Source: a virus (taxonomy: Duplodnaviria; Caudoviricetes). Taken from it: 31,485 nucleotides of DNA. The stretch lies in the IMG/VR virus record IMGVR_UViG_3300031857_017809, positions 1 to 31,485 of that record; one strand, given 5' to 3'. A model generated the notes under the pieces. It ran no database searches. It was not told the origin of the DNA and worked only from the letters and a program-made list of their open reading frames with translations. Position 1 is the first letter of the stretch; each line of letters starts with the position of its first letter. This document shows, piece after piece, positions 1 through 7,967 of the stretch. The position numbers and the translations under genes are program-made.

Positions 1-171
1 CAGAACACCATCTATCACCTCAAACGCCACGCCATCACCACCATGCTCGATGAACTGGACCCGGCCACCGCCGCCCTATTCAGTGGCCACCGCTGCCAGG
101 ATCAGGTCCTGCGCTACTCCCGCACCAACCGCCTCAAAGCCAGCGAAGCCCTCAAACATTTAGGCCATTAG
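1..171 (+). CDS. int: Tyrosine recombinase/phage integrase, C-terminal end (5' truncated by window)
   Basis: Frame 1 reads QNTIYHLKRHAITTMLDELDPATAALFSGHRCQDQVLRYSRTNRLKASEALKHLGH-stop (TAG 169-171), with a box-II-like His/Arg region, GH and catalytic Tyr at the usual spacing; adjacent to a tRNA-derived att site. Confidence 0.85.
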   Translation, partial: QNTIYHLKRHAITTMLDELDPATAALFSGHRCQDQVLRYSRTNRLKASEALKHLGH

Positions 172-174
172 CCA

Positions 175-207
175 ATGGGTAGCAGGATTGCTACCCTTGC
201 TACCCAT
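175..207. repeat. Inverted and direct repeats of TGCTACCC; candidate integrase arm-type sites and/or hairpin after int
   Basis: GGGTAGCA at 177-184; TTGCTACCC tandem at 188-196 and 197-205; ATGGGTAGCA (175-184) and TGCTACCCAT (198-207) form a perfect 10-bp inverted repeat. Confidence 0.65.
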
Positions 208-237
208 ACCCGCACCATCAAATCATCGTTTTTTCAA

Positions 238-279
238 TGCCGGATGAGGGAATTGAACCCCCGACCTTTGCTTTACGAA
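238..279 (-). other. att core (attP-like): 3' half of tRNA-Thr(CGT), not a complete tRNA
   Basis: Minus strand reads TTCGTAA (anticodon loop, CGT) AGCAA AGGTC GGGGG TTCAATT CCCTC (T arm) ATCCGGC A (acceptor 3' strand and discriminator); no D arm or 5' acceptor strand upstream. Confidence 0.88.
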
Positions 280-319
280 TGATCTGAAATCCCTGGACTT
301 ACATGGTTTATGGTTGCTC

Positions 320-327
320 TGCTACCC
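320..327. repeat. Fourth TGCTACCC copy, on the other side of the att core (candidate arm site)
   Basis: Exact octamer match to the copies at 177-205. Confidence 0.55.
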
Positions 328-331
328 AGGT

Positions 332-3300
332 CTATTTCTGTTCCTTCACCGGTCTTCCCCATGCCTGGGGACGTTCCTCCATCGACTTCCTGAACCTGGC
401 TGCCAGCTCCTGCACCTTCTTCAGCCGATCCTCGCGTTCGTCTCCATTGGCCTCTCCGACCTTCTTAGCCGCGAACCGCAGGGCCTGGATGCGCTTATCC
501 TGCCCCAGTCCCAGGCCCGCCGCCCGGTCCATGACCCAGTCCACATCCCTACTCGACCAGGCGTTGGGCTGCTTCATGACGCCAGTGATGGTCCCGGCCC
601 ACCATTTCGCATCCTTGCCGGTGGCGGTGGCCAGGCGTCCCCAGTTGCCCAGGTAGCCCTCCAACAGGTGATCCAGGATCCGGGCGTCCTGCCCGGTCAG
701 GTCTTGTAGTTCCTTGCTCATGGCGGAAGCCCGTTGGGTATCGCGGCGTTCCACGTCCAGGCCCTGCTCCCAGGCCGGAATGATGTTCCGATCGCGGAAG
801 GTATCCCAGTTGGTCGCCGCCTCGACCAGCGGGGCGAATCCGCCCATCAGCGATCCCACGTCATTGATTGGCAGCAAGGCCCCGGCCATTGACTTACCAT
901 ACCCGTCCAGGGCATGCTTGGCCGCCTGTTCGTCGCCCTCTACATTGGCCATGACGTAATCCGCGATGCGTTCCGCTCCCGACCAGAACACCCCATGTCC
1001 GTATTCCTTGGGTATGGCGATGTACCCGCCCGTTCCATCCGGGATCATGTAATGGAAGTCCCGGATCGCCGGTTGGATCTGCCGCCATTTGCGTTCCTCA
1101 TCGTCGCCGCCCGCAACCTTGCGCAGCAGGTTCAACAGAATGCCCAGCCCGGCCATCACCCCCATGGTGATGACGTAGCGGTTGACGAATGCCCTCCACA
1201 ATTTTTCCGGCACGGTTCTTCCGGTTTTTATGTATTCGACTACCTGTTTCCATTTACGCATCGTCACAGCAAGGCCCTGAATGGCCGGATTGAAGAACAG
1301 AATCACGCCGGTCATCTGCCGTCCGTACCGGCCTTTCTCGGCAAAGTCGATCAACCCCCGGCTCTTGTCCCCGGCATACAGCAAGGCGTCGTACTCGCTC
1401 ATGCCCTGTTTCAGAGCCTTGGCGTAGGCTGACCGGAACTCAGCGTTGCGATTGAGTCCTTCCATGGCCGCCCCGCCTTTTTCCAGCCATCTCCACCAGT
1501 TTCTAGGACTCATCACCCGCACGGCCCGTCCGCTCCAGCCCTGGCGTTGCAGGTCATCCAGGTGCTTCCACAGTTCGCCGGCCAGGACCGCTCTTCCCTC
1601 GACGTACCCGCTGAATGATGCTCCGGCCAAGGCCCGCAGCTCGTCCACCCTCCGGTCGCCATCCAGGGTTTTCAGTTTCCCGTAACTCTTAAACACGTCC
1701 GCTAGGCCGGAACCGGTCGCGGTTTCGCTGACCACCAGGCGCGATTCGGTGTCGCGAAAGGCGTTGCGCAGCCAGAACGCCGGGAAATTGACGATCCCGC
1801 CCCGCATCAGCCGGGTGATTCCACCCCACACCTTCGCCAAGATCCAATCCGACCCCAGCATCCGGGCGGCCTCCAGGCTAGCCTCAATGTCCGGATGGAA
1901 CACCCACCACTGCGTCTCCCCATTATCCCGCACCGCATACGGCTTCCGGCCGTTGACGGTCTGTTGCCCCTGTTTTCTGGCCTCCTTTACCACTTCGTCC
2001 GGGACCACATGCCCCAGGTCATGGAGCACGATCCGCTTGCCCTCGTTGCTGCTCAGCGGTTTGACCAGGGCCAGCATGGACTCATTGCGATCGGCCCTGG
2101 CGATGGCGTTCAGGGTGCCCTCGATCAGGTTGGCCAGCGGGTTGCCGATCATCCGGGTTGATCCGGTGAACTTCTTTCCGGGCAGGATGGTTTGCGTATC
2201 TCGATCGAACTGGCGATGGGTGTCGATGTAGAACGAAAACACCTCGCCGGTGTCCGGATCCACGATGGTATCTCCGTCCACCATCCGTTGCAGTTGATCC
2301 CCGCTGAACACCCCCTTGCCGGCCATGTAGGTCAGCACCTGTCGCGACCAGGCGCGATACCGGCGCAGGAACTCCTTGAGATTCTTGCGTTCGGCCTTGG
2401 CCTGCGGATCGGCCTGAGCCGCCTGTTCCCGTTCCTCCAGGGCGGTCCGGGCCTGATCGTAGTCATTGACCAGCCCACCGCCGATGCCGGTCAGGGTGGC
2501 CACCTTTTCCCGCGCCTCGCGGATCAGGGTGGTTCCGTACTGGTTGGTCAACGGGGCGAGGGTCCGCATCAGTTCCAGGTGTTCCGCGCTGGGGAACCGG
2601 TCGCGCTTCTTGCGAGCCTCTGCACGATCCTGGATCTCCACCAGCGGAGCCTTGGCGAACGTCATCAGCTCATGCTTCAGGGCCGCTGCCGTTCCGCTGT
2701 CCTTCACCACCTCCGCAAAGGTCTGGATCAGGGCCTCGATGTCCGCCTGGCTCGCCAGCCCATCCACCGCGTCGGCCACGTCGGCCATGAAATCCGCCGC
2801 CCTGGCCCCGGCCGCCTGCATGATCTTCGATCCCCGGCCATAGGTACGCTCCTCGATGCCCATGGCCAAGGCCTGGTCGATCAGGCGCAGCGTCTCCTGC
2901 GGATCTTCCGCCGTCACCGGGTCCAGCAGCCAATCCCAGTTCATCCGCTGCCCGGTCTGGTGGTCCACCACCGGCCGCAAGGCGGCATCGGTCAGCCCCT
3001 CGTTGAAGATCATCCGCAGCACCTTGCCATCCGTGCCGGCCAGCAACCGGTTCAGGATGCGGAAATTGTCGCTGGGTGCCAGATCCTTCTCATCCTTGCC
3101 CTGACGTTCCCAGGCCTCCAGGAATCGGTTGTAGGCCGGGGCGAACACGTTCTGCCAGTTGAACCGCGTCCGGGTCCAGAATCCCATCCGCGTCTCCGGG
3201 ATCCGCGGCCGGCTTCCTCCGGCATCGTCCCCGACCACGCCCGACCACATGCCCCTCACAAATCCCATCGACCGCTCAAAGGCATTGGTCCCCTTGCTGG

Positions 3301-4225
3301 CCTCGGCCAAGGCCGCCGGCAGGTTCACCAGCCCGGCCAGATTCTGCGCCAGGCTGCCGCGCTCGATCACCTGGGCGATGCCTTCGACGTTGGCCACGGT
3401 CCGCTCGCTATCCGGCAGGCCCAAAAAGGCCCTGGCCGCGTTCCCGTAGTCCTCCATCGCCTGGCGCACCGCACCCGGAATCCCCTGCCGCATGACCTCT
3501 GCCAGGGCCGGTCCTCGGCTCTCGGCTTCTGCCGGGTTCACAATCCACCCGCGCAGGAACTCTGCCCAACCCTCGTTGTCCAGATACTTCTGCCGTTCAT
3601 CCTTGGTCAGTCCGTGGGGCGGCTCCGATCCGAACCGAGCGAACTCGGCCAGTTGCAAGGCCATCCCGGCCGTCCCCTCGGTCGGCAGTTCGAATGTCCA
3701 CGCAACCTGGTGCGAAATCTCATGGGCGGCGTTCTCTAGATCCCCATGACGCCGCAAGGCGGTCAATCCGGTATTGGGATCAAACACCCCGCCTGTTCCG
3801 GCCGGGGCCTCGCCCTCATACAGTCCAGGATCCCCGGCCCCGGCATCGACCATCGCCTGCCGCAGATTGCGGATCACCGTCTTCAGTTTGTCCACCGTGG
3901 CCGGGGCATCCGGACTGCCCTTGGGGATGGGGGCCACCTTGATCCGATTCCCTGCCGCCTGTTTCGCCGGGGCCGCCTGCACGGGTTGAGGACCCGGTAC
4001 GCCTTCCGTACCCGGTACGCTCGCAACGGGGACCTCCACCGGATCCACGGCATACCCCAGCCGCCTCAGTTCCTCCCGCACCGCCTCGATGTCTTCCACA
4101 GCCGCGGCAATCAGACCCTCAATCACCGCCTGCGGATCCGGCGTCAGGGCCATGTGCTCGCGGATCTTCTCTTTCAGCAGATCGGGCACCTGGGCCAGAT
4201 CCAAGCAGCGTGCCAAGGTCGGCAT
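332..4225 (-). CDS. Large polyvalent protein, 1297 aa: zincin-like metallopeptidase (HExxH) plus C-terminal LPD38-like domain; probable internal virion/ejected protein
   Basis: AAHEISHQV...NEGWAEF motif; C-terminal RNAEF...IDF...G...ILFFNPAIQG...YIAIPKEYG...PLVEAATNWDTF...IIP...LDHLLEGYLG pattern recalls LPD38; SD GAGGAGG upstream. Confidence 0.8.
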   Translation of the reverse strand: MPTLARCLDLAQVPDLLKEKIREHMALTPDPQAVIEGLIAAAVEDIEAVREELRRLGYAVDPVEVPVASVPGTEGVPGPQPVQAAPAKQAAGNRIKVAPIPKGSPDAPATVDKLKTVIRNLRQAMVDAGAGDPGLYEGEAPAGTGGVFDPNTGLTALRRHGDLENAAHEISHQVAWTFELPTEGTAGMALQLAEFARFGSEPPHGLTKDERQKYLDNEGWAEFLRGWIVNPAEAESRGPALAEVMRQGIPGAVRQAMEDYGNAARAFLGLPDSERTVANVEGIAQVIERGSLAQNLAGLVNLPAALAEASKGTNAFERSMGFVRGMWSGVVGDDAGGSRPRIPETRMGFWTRTRFNWQNVFAPAYNRFLEAWERQGKDEKDLAPSDNFRILNRLLAGTDGKVLRMIFNEGLTDAALRPVVDHQTGQRMNWDWLLDPVTAEDPQETLRLIDQALAMGIEERTYGRGSKIMQAAGARAADFMADVADAVDGLASQADIEALIQTFAEVVKDSGTAAALKHELMTFAKAPLVEIQDRAEARKKRDRFPSAEHLELMRTLAPLTNQYGTTLIREAREKVATLTGIGGGLVNDYDQARTALEEREQAAQADPQAKAERKNLKEFLRRYRAWSRQVLTYMAGKGVFSGDQLQRMVDGDTIVDPDTGEVFSFYIDTHRQFDRDTQTILPGKKFTGSTRMIGNPLANLIEGTLNAIARADRNESMLALVKPLSSNEGKRIVLHDLGHVVPDEVVKEARKQGQQTVNGRKPYAVRDNGETQWWVFHPDIEASLEAARMLGSDWILAKVWGGITRLMRGGIVNFPAFWLRNAFRDTESRLVVSETATGSGLADVFKSYGKLKTLDGDRRVDELRALAGASFSGYVEGRAVLAGELWKHLDDLQRQGWSGRAVRVMSPRNWWRWLEKGGAAMEGLNRNAEFRSAYAKALKQGMSEYDALLYAGDKSRGLIDFAEKGRYGRQMTGVILFFNPAIQGLAVTMRKWKQVVEYIKTGRTVPEKLWRAFVNRYVITMGVMAGLGILLNLLRKVAGGDDEERKWRQIQPAIRDFHYMIPDGTGGYIAIPKEYGHGVFWSGAERIADYVMANVEGDEQAAKHALDGYGKSMAGALLPINDVGSLMGGFAPLVEAATNWDTFRDRNIIPAWEQGLDVERRDTQRASAMSKELQDLTGQDARILDHLLEGYLGNWGRLATATGKDAKWWAGTITGVMKQPNAWSSRDVDWVMDRAAGLGLGQDKRIQALRFAAKKVGEANGDEREDRLKKVQELAARFRKSMEERPQAWGRPVKEQK

Positions 4226-4227
4226 GT

Positions 4228-4458
4228 CTATCCCTCCTCGATGGCCATGACGATCGCCAGGGCCATCAGCATCAGGTCATCGTCGCTCAGATCCTGGCGT
4301 TTGATGGGGATCCACACCTTGCGCGGTGTTGGCATCCTGCGGAGCGGACCGCCCACCTGGATCGTCCAGGGCCGTTCGCTGATCAGATACCCCTCGGTCG
4401 CCCGGGGCAGCGTTCCGGATTCCAGGAATCCTCCCAGGGCCACGGAGCGCACGAACAT
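4228..4458 (-). CDS. Hypothetical phage protein, 76 aa
   Basis: Fills the gap exactly, 1-2 nt from both neighbours; ends DDDLMLMALAIVMAIEEG. Confidence 0.7.
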   Translation of the reverse strand: MFVRSVALGGFLESGTLPRATEGYLISERPWTIQVGGPLRRMPTPRKVWIPIKRQDLSDDDLMLMALAIVMAIEEG

Positions 4459-4459
4459 A

Positions 4460-5266
4460 TCAGGACCTCGTCACGGTGGTGGTTGTCACCCCATCACCTG
4501 ACAGCGCCAGCACCAGATCCCCGGCCACCCGGCTGGTCGGCGTCACCGTCATCGGATGTCCCACCTCCAGGCCCTGGATCCGATACAGATCATACACCTG
4601 ATCAGCCAGAGCCAGCCCCACCGGATCGGTCCAGGGATTTGCGGCAGAACCTGCGGCGTTGACCTTCTCGCCCATCGTTCCTGGCTCATTATTGCTGGCC
4701 GCCATGGCGCTCCACACCGCACGGGCGATCCCGGCCGGCGTAAGACCTGATTCCTCGGTCGTAGCGGTCATCCAGCCCAGCGCCCACGGCTGCACCGTGC
4801 CCGTCACCGTCACCGTGGCCTCGGCCACCATACCGCCCAAAGCGCCGATGTTGCAGCTCCCGCTCAGGGTCAATGTCCCGACCGCGGTCGAACTGACCAC
4901 GGCAGCGATCAACGCCAACCCTCCAACCTCGATCGTCCCCAAGGCCACCCCGCCCGCGATCAGACCACCCACCGCGATGGCTCCCACCTCCATGGTGCCT
5001 ACGGCCACCATGTTTCGGCCCAGCGCCCCATCTGCACCACCGCTGATCGTGATCCTGCCCAGCCGATACGAAGCCATCGCCCCACCGGTCACAGCCGGCA
5101 TGATGGCGTTCTCGCAGCCGTACCCGCTGGGAACGGCGGCCAGCGGACCGAAACACATACGATCCGTCTGGATCACCGCGGACGGCGACACCTGCGATGG
5201 AATGGTCCCATTGATCAGGATGTTATTGCAGGTCCGGTTCTGATTACAGCGGTTGCCCCACAGCAT
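4460..5266 (-). CDS. Putative virion structural/fibre-like protein, 268 aa (start reassigned to MLWGNR)
   Basis: ATG 2 nt after the upstream stop; G/A/V/T-rich ~10-residue quasi-repeats (VAVGTMEVGA, VALGTIEVGG, TAVGTLTLSG). Confidence 0.7.
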   Translation of the reverse strand: MLWGNRCNQNRTCNNILINGTIPSQVSPSAVIQTDRMCFGPLAAVPSGYGCENAIMPAVTGGAMASYRLGRITISGGADGALGRNMVAVGTMEVGAIAVGGLIAGGVALGTIEVGGLALIAAVVSSTAVGTLTLSGSCNIGALGGMVAEATVTVTGTVQPWALGWMTATTEESGLTPAGIARAVWSAMAASNNEPGTMGEKVNAAGSAANPWTDPVGLALADQVYDLYRIQGLEVGHPMTVTPTSRVAGDLVLALSGDGVTTTTVTRS

Positions 5267-5268
5267 GA

Positions 5269-6171
5269 TCAGCCCCAGCCCAGGTCCAGATGCCCCTGGA
5301 AGATGCTCGATGCCGCCGCCGCTGCTCCCGGCAGATAGAGCCAGGACAGGCAAGCCCCGTCCGGAATGATCGTCTTGGCCGGAACGTTGAACAGGAATGA
5401 CCGTTCACCCGGCGCACCCACCGCTACCAACGGCACCGACAAGATCGGATTACACAACACCATGCACCCGGTCAGTGTCGTAGCCCCGCCATAAGCGGTC
5501 GAAAGCTGCATGCTGTTGACCCGCTTGATTCCGGTGTCTCCAGCATTCAACGGCAGAAACAGCCCAGGAAGATTGGCTTGCGGCCCGGCATGCACGATAT
5601 GCGCCACGGTCGGCTTGTTGGTGGCACCAGTCAGAAAGTCGATGGTCATGCCACTATAAGCGGCATCGTTATCATCTTGATCTCGATAGTTGAACACCGA
5701 CATGCGCGGGGTTCCGGTGGGGTTGCCGCTCTGCGTGGTGACCAGCAAGAAAGCCCGCAGACCCTTGCCATCCGTGTGCCGTGTCAGCGACAGGGTATTG
5801 GTGAAGGTCTGCAACGATGTGCTTTTCAGATCAATCCCTGGATAATACAGGGCGATGTCCATCAGCATGGCGATGCCGGGGGCGCTATTCGATCCGATGG
5901 CCTGCATGGCGGCATTGAGCACCTGCTTGGTGTCGGTACTCACATTACCGCCATGGGGGATCCCCCATCCCAGCGTATCGTCCGGCACCGTCGCGGTCAG
6001 AGCCGTTCCAGAGTAGGCGTTGGTGTTCGGCGGGTTACCGGTGCCCTGCGCCAAATCGTAGGCGTTCCCCGCGACCATTGCCACGGAACTCGTCATCTTG
6101 AAAAAATCAGCCCGGAATCCCTTTCCGGCCGCCAGTTCACTGGTCATGTCGTCGATGGATGTGAAAGCCAT
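5269..6171 (-). CDS. Putative virion structural protein, 300 aa, paralog of 6174-7025
   Basis: Beta-rich composition; shares D..YYP.ID, RH..G.G.R, PL.AGD.G, C.P, GA.L and terminal WG with its neighbour. Confidence 0.75.
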   Translation of the reverse strand: MAFTSIDDMTSELAAGKGFRADFFKMTSSVAMVAGNAYDLAQGTGNPPNTNAYSGTALTATVPDDTLGWGIPHGGNVSTDTKQVLNAAMQAIGSNSAPGIAMLMDIALYYPGIDLKSTSLQTFTNTLSLTRHTDGKGLRAFLLVTTQSGNPTGTPRMSVFNYRDQDDNDAAYSGMTIDFLTGATNKPTVAHIVHAGPQANLPGLFLPLNAGDTGIKRVNSMQLSTAYGGATTLTGCMVLCNPILSVPLVAVGAPGERSFLFNVPAKTIIPDGACLSWLYLPGAAAAASSIFQGHLDLGWG

Positions 6172-6173
6172 GG

Positions 6174-7025
6174 TTACCCCCAGATGGTGGTGATGGTTGC
6201 GGTCAGTGTTTGCGGAGTGCCGGCTACCGTTCCGATGGCCAGCATTCCCAGATATGCCCCCTCTGCGATGGGCGGCAGATGCAGTCGGTCCAGCAGATAG
6301 TCCGCCTCGCAGGGCGACACCGTGGCCTCGGCCATCCCCACGGTTTCCAGCGGTTTGCAGATCACCAGAGCCACAATGCCACCGGCCGCTGCCAGCACCT
6401 CGATCGCCTCGATCGAGCGCACGCCAAGATCACCGGCAGCCAACGGCATATACGGACCGCACGGATAGTTGACAGCCACGCCGGCCAGGGCGCTTGATGC
6501 CAGGCTGCCGGCGCTTGACGAAAAATTGAGCGTCACGTACACCTGCCGGCCAGGCACGCCGGCCTCATTGGTATATGTGATCAGGCAGTCCGCATAAAAA
6601 GATCCAGCTCCCTGCACCACCGCCATGATGCGGCATCCCCTGCCGCCATGCCTGGGGATGGAGATGGGGTTGACCAGATTTTGCAGCCCGCCGTCCCCGT
6701 CAATGAAGGGGTAGTACATCACCACATCATGCAGCAGGAACTGTCCGATGCCGATGGTCGTTGCTGGCGGAAGCACCAGGAATTGGTGCAGATACCGCGT
6801 TTGCCCGTCTGCCACCGCCGGCCCCACGTCGATACCATCCATGCCGTTGAGCACCGCCGCGGTCAATGGAGTGCTTGCATAGTAATTGCCCGCCGGAATC
6901 CCGCTCGCATAGCTCAGATCGGTCCAGCACGAAGCCGGCATATACGGTCCATTGCGACGCAAGATCCCAGTCCAGCACCGTCCGGCCTGGTAGGCTGCCG
7001 CCACATCCGCCACCGTCTCGATCAT
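6174..7025 (-). CDS. Putative virion structural protein, 283 aa, paralog of 5269-6171
   Basis: Same shared motifs; tightly spaced in the operon. Confidence 0.75.
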   Translation of the reverse strand: MIETVADVAAAYQAGRCWTGILRRNGPYMPASCWTDLSYASGIPAGNYYASTPLTAAVLNGMDGIDVGPAVADGQTRYLHQFLVLPPATTIGIGQFLLHDVVMYYPFIDGDGGLQNLVNPISIPRHGGRGCRIMAVVQGAGSFYADCLITYTNEAGVPGRQVYVTLNFSSSAGSLASSALAGVAVNYPCGPYMPLAAGDLGVRSIEAIEVLAAAGGIVALVICKPLETVGMAEATVSPCEADYLLDRLHLPPIAEGAYLGMLAIGTVAGTPQTLTATITTIWG

Positions 7026-7026
7026 G

Positions 7027-7440
7027 TCAGTCGGCCGCGATGGTCAGATCGCCAGCGGCGATCTGCGGTTGGATGTTCTGATTGATCGCCAACTCGGCCG
7101 CCAGCGCCGCGATGATGGCTTGATTCACTGCACCGCTGGCGGTGTCCACCACCACCACGGCCCGCCCCGTCTGCGTGGCCCCGGCATCGGTGCGCTTGCC
7201 GAACTGGATCAGGGCGGCATTCGTGAAATTGCTTCCGTTGTCCGTCCAGGCGCTGGCCTTGGTCAGCGCCACCCGGGCATACCCGGTATAGGTCAGTTCA
7301 GACGCCAGCGGATCAGCCTCGTCAGGGCTAGCCAGCGACACCAGGGCCAGGTACTGCGTTGCCGCTGACCGATAGCTGGGGTCCGTGCCCTGAAGGTGCA
7401 TCTTCAGAGTCGCGTTTTCGGTGGCATTGGACATGCTCAT
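7027..7440 (-). CDS. Small phage tail/fibre-associated protein, 137 aa
   Basis: MS.SN..EN..L...YLAL....P.E.....E..YTGYARVA...W.....TNAA.I.F pattern recalled from a widespread phage structural family; SD GAGAGGA. Confidence 0.72.
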   Translation of the reverse strand: MSMSNATENATLKMHLQGTDPSYRSAATQYLALVSLASPDEADPLASELTYTGYARVALTKASAWTDNGSNFTNAALIQFGKRTDAGATQTGRAVVVVDTASGAVNQAIIAALAAELAINQNIQPQIAAGDLTIAAD

Positions 7441-7452
7441 GTTTTGTTCCTC

Positions 7453-7659
7453 TCATGGAACATTGGGTTGGTTACGGATCGCTTCCGCAATCTCTGGTGC
7501 TTCATGCTCATCCGCGATAGCGGCGTCGGTTTCGCGCTGCTCAATCACGGTTTCGGTAAGCACCTTGAAAAACTCATTTTTTCGCGGGCAATGGCTGCCT
7601 GCGCATTGTTCAAGATCGGCCATGATCTTGATAATCCTTTTGGAATCTACCCCGCTCAT
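7453..7659 (-). CDS. Hypothetical protein, 68 aa, lower GC
   Basis: ATGA overlap with the upstream stop; fills the gap before 7440. Confidence 0.6.
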   Translation of the reverse strand: MSGVDSKRIIKIMADLEQCAGSHCPRKNEFFKVLTETVIEQRETDAAIADEHEAPEIAEAIRNQPNVP

Positions 7660-7967
7660 GGTTGAACCCCCACCCGCACCGTCATCCCGGTGGTGCTCCC
7701 GCGCTCGTCCTTGTTGATTTCGACGGTATAGGTCCTTGTCGACCCGCTCAGGGCCTTGGCCACCTCGCTGGCCACGATTTTGGCAATGTTCTGCGCATCT
7801 GCCCGAGGCTGGTTGGCCTCGCGCACATCTCGCAGCATTTCCCGGAATGCTTCCACAACATCCCTCGGATTGCTGTCTGGTTCATGCCGCGGCTCTGGCC
7901 TCGGTTCCTGGGGCACCACCGGCGTGGCCGGCATCTTCCGCAACGGCATATTCAACCGCCCAAGCAT
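7656..7967 (-). CDS. Hypothetical phage protein, 103 aa (alternative start 7949)
   Basis: GGAGG upstream of the ATG; overlaps the end of the giant gene; ends with a beta-hairpin-like YTVEINKDERGSTTGMTV. Confidence 0.7.
   Translation of the reverse strand: MLGRLNMPLRKMPATPVVPQEPRPEPRHEPDSNPRDVVEAFREMLRDVREANQPRADAQNIAKIVASEVAKALSGSTRTYTVEINKDERGSTTGMTVRVGVQP

Noticed and set aside
238-320. Complete tRNA-Thr gene
   Set aside because: Only the anticodon loop to discriminator is present; upstream sequence cannot form the anticodon 5' stem, D arm or acceptor 5' strand
2192-3739. 515-aa plus-strand ORF
   Set aside because: Antisense shadow of a GC3-biased gene; H/Q/R/G-rich with no motifs
3992-4020. 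Short direct repeat ACCCGGTACGC (and RPES repeats near 13095-13126)
   Set aside because: Small duplications inside disordered protein linkers; no spacer structure, so not CRISPR-like
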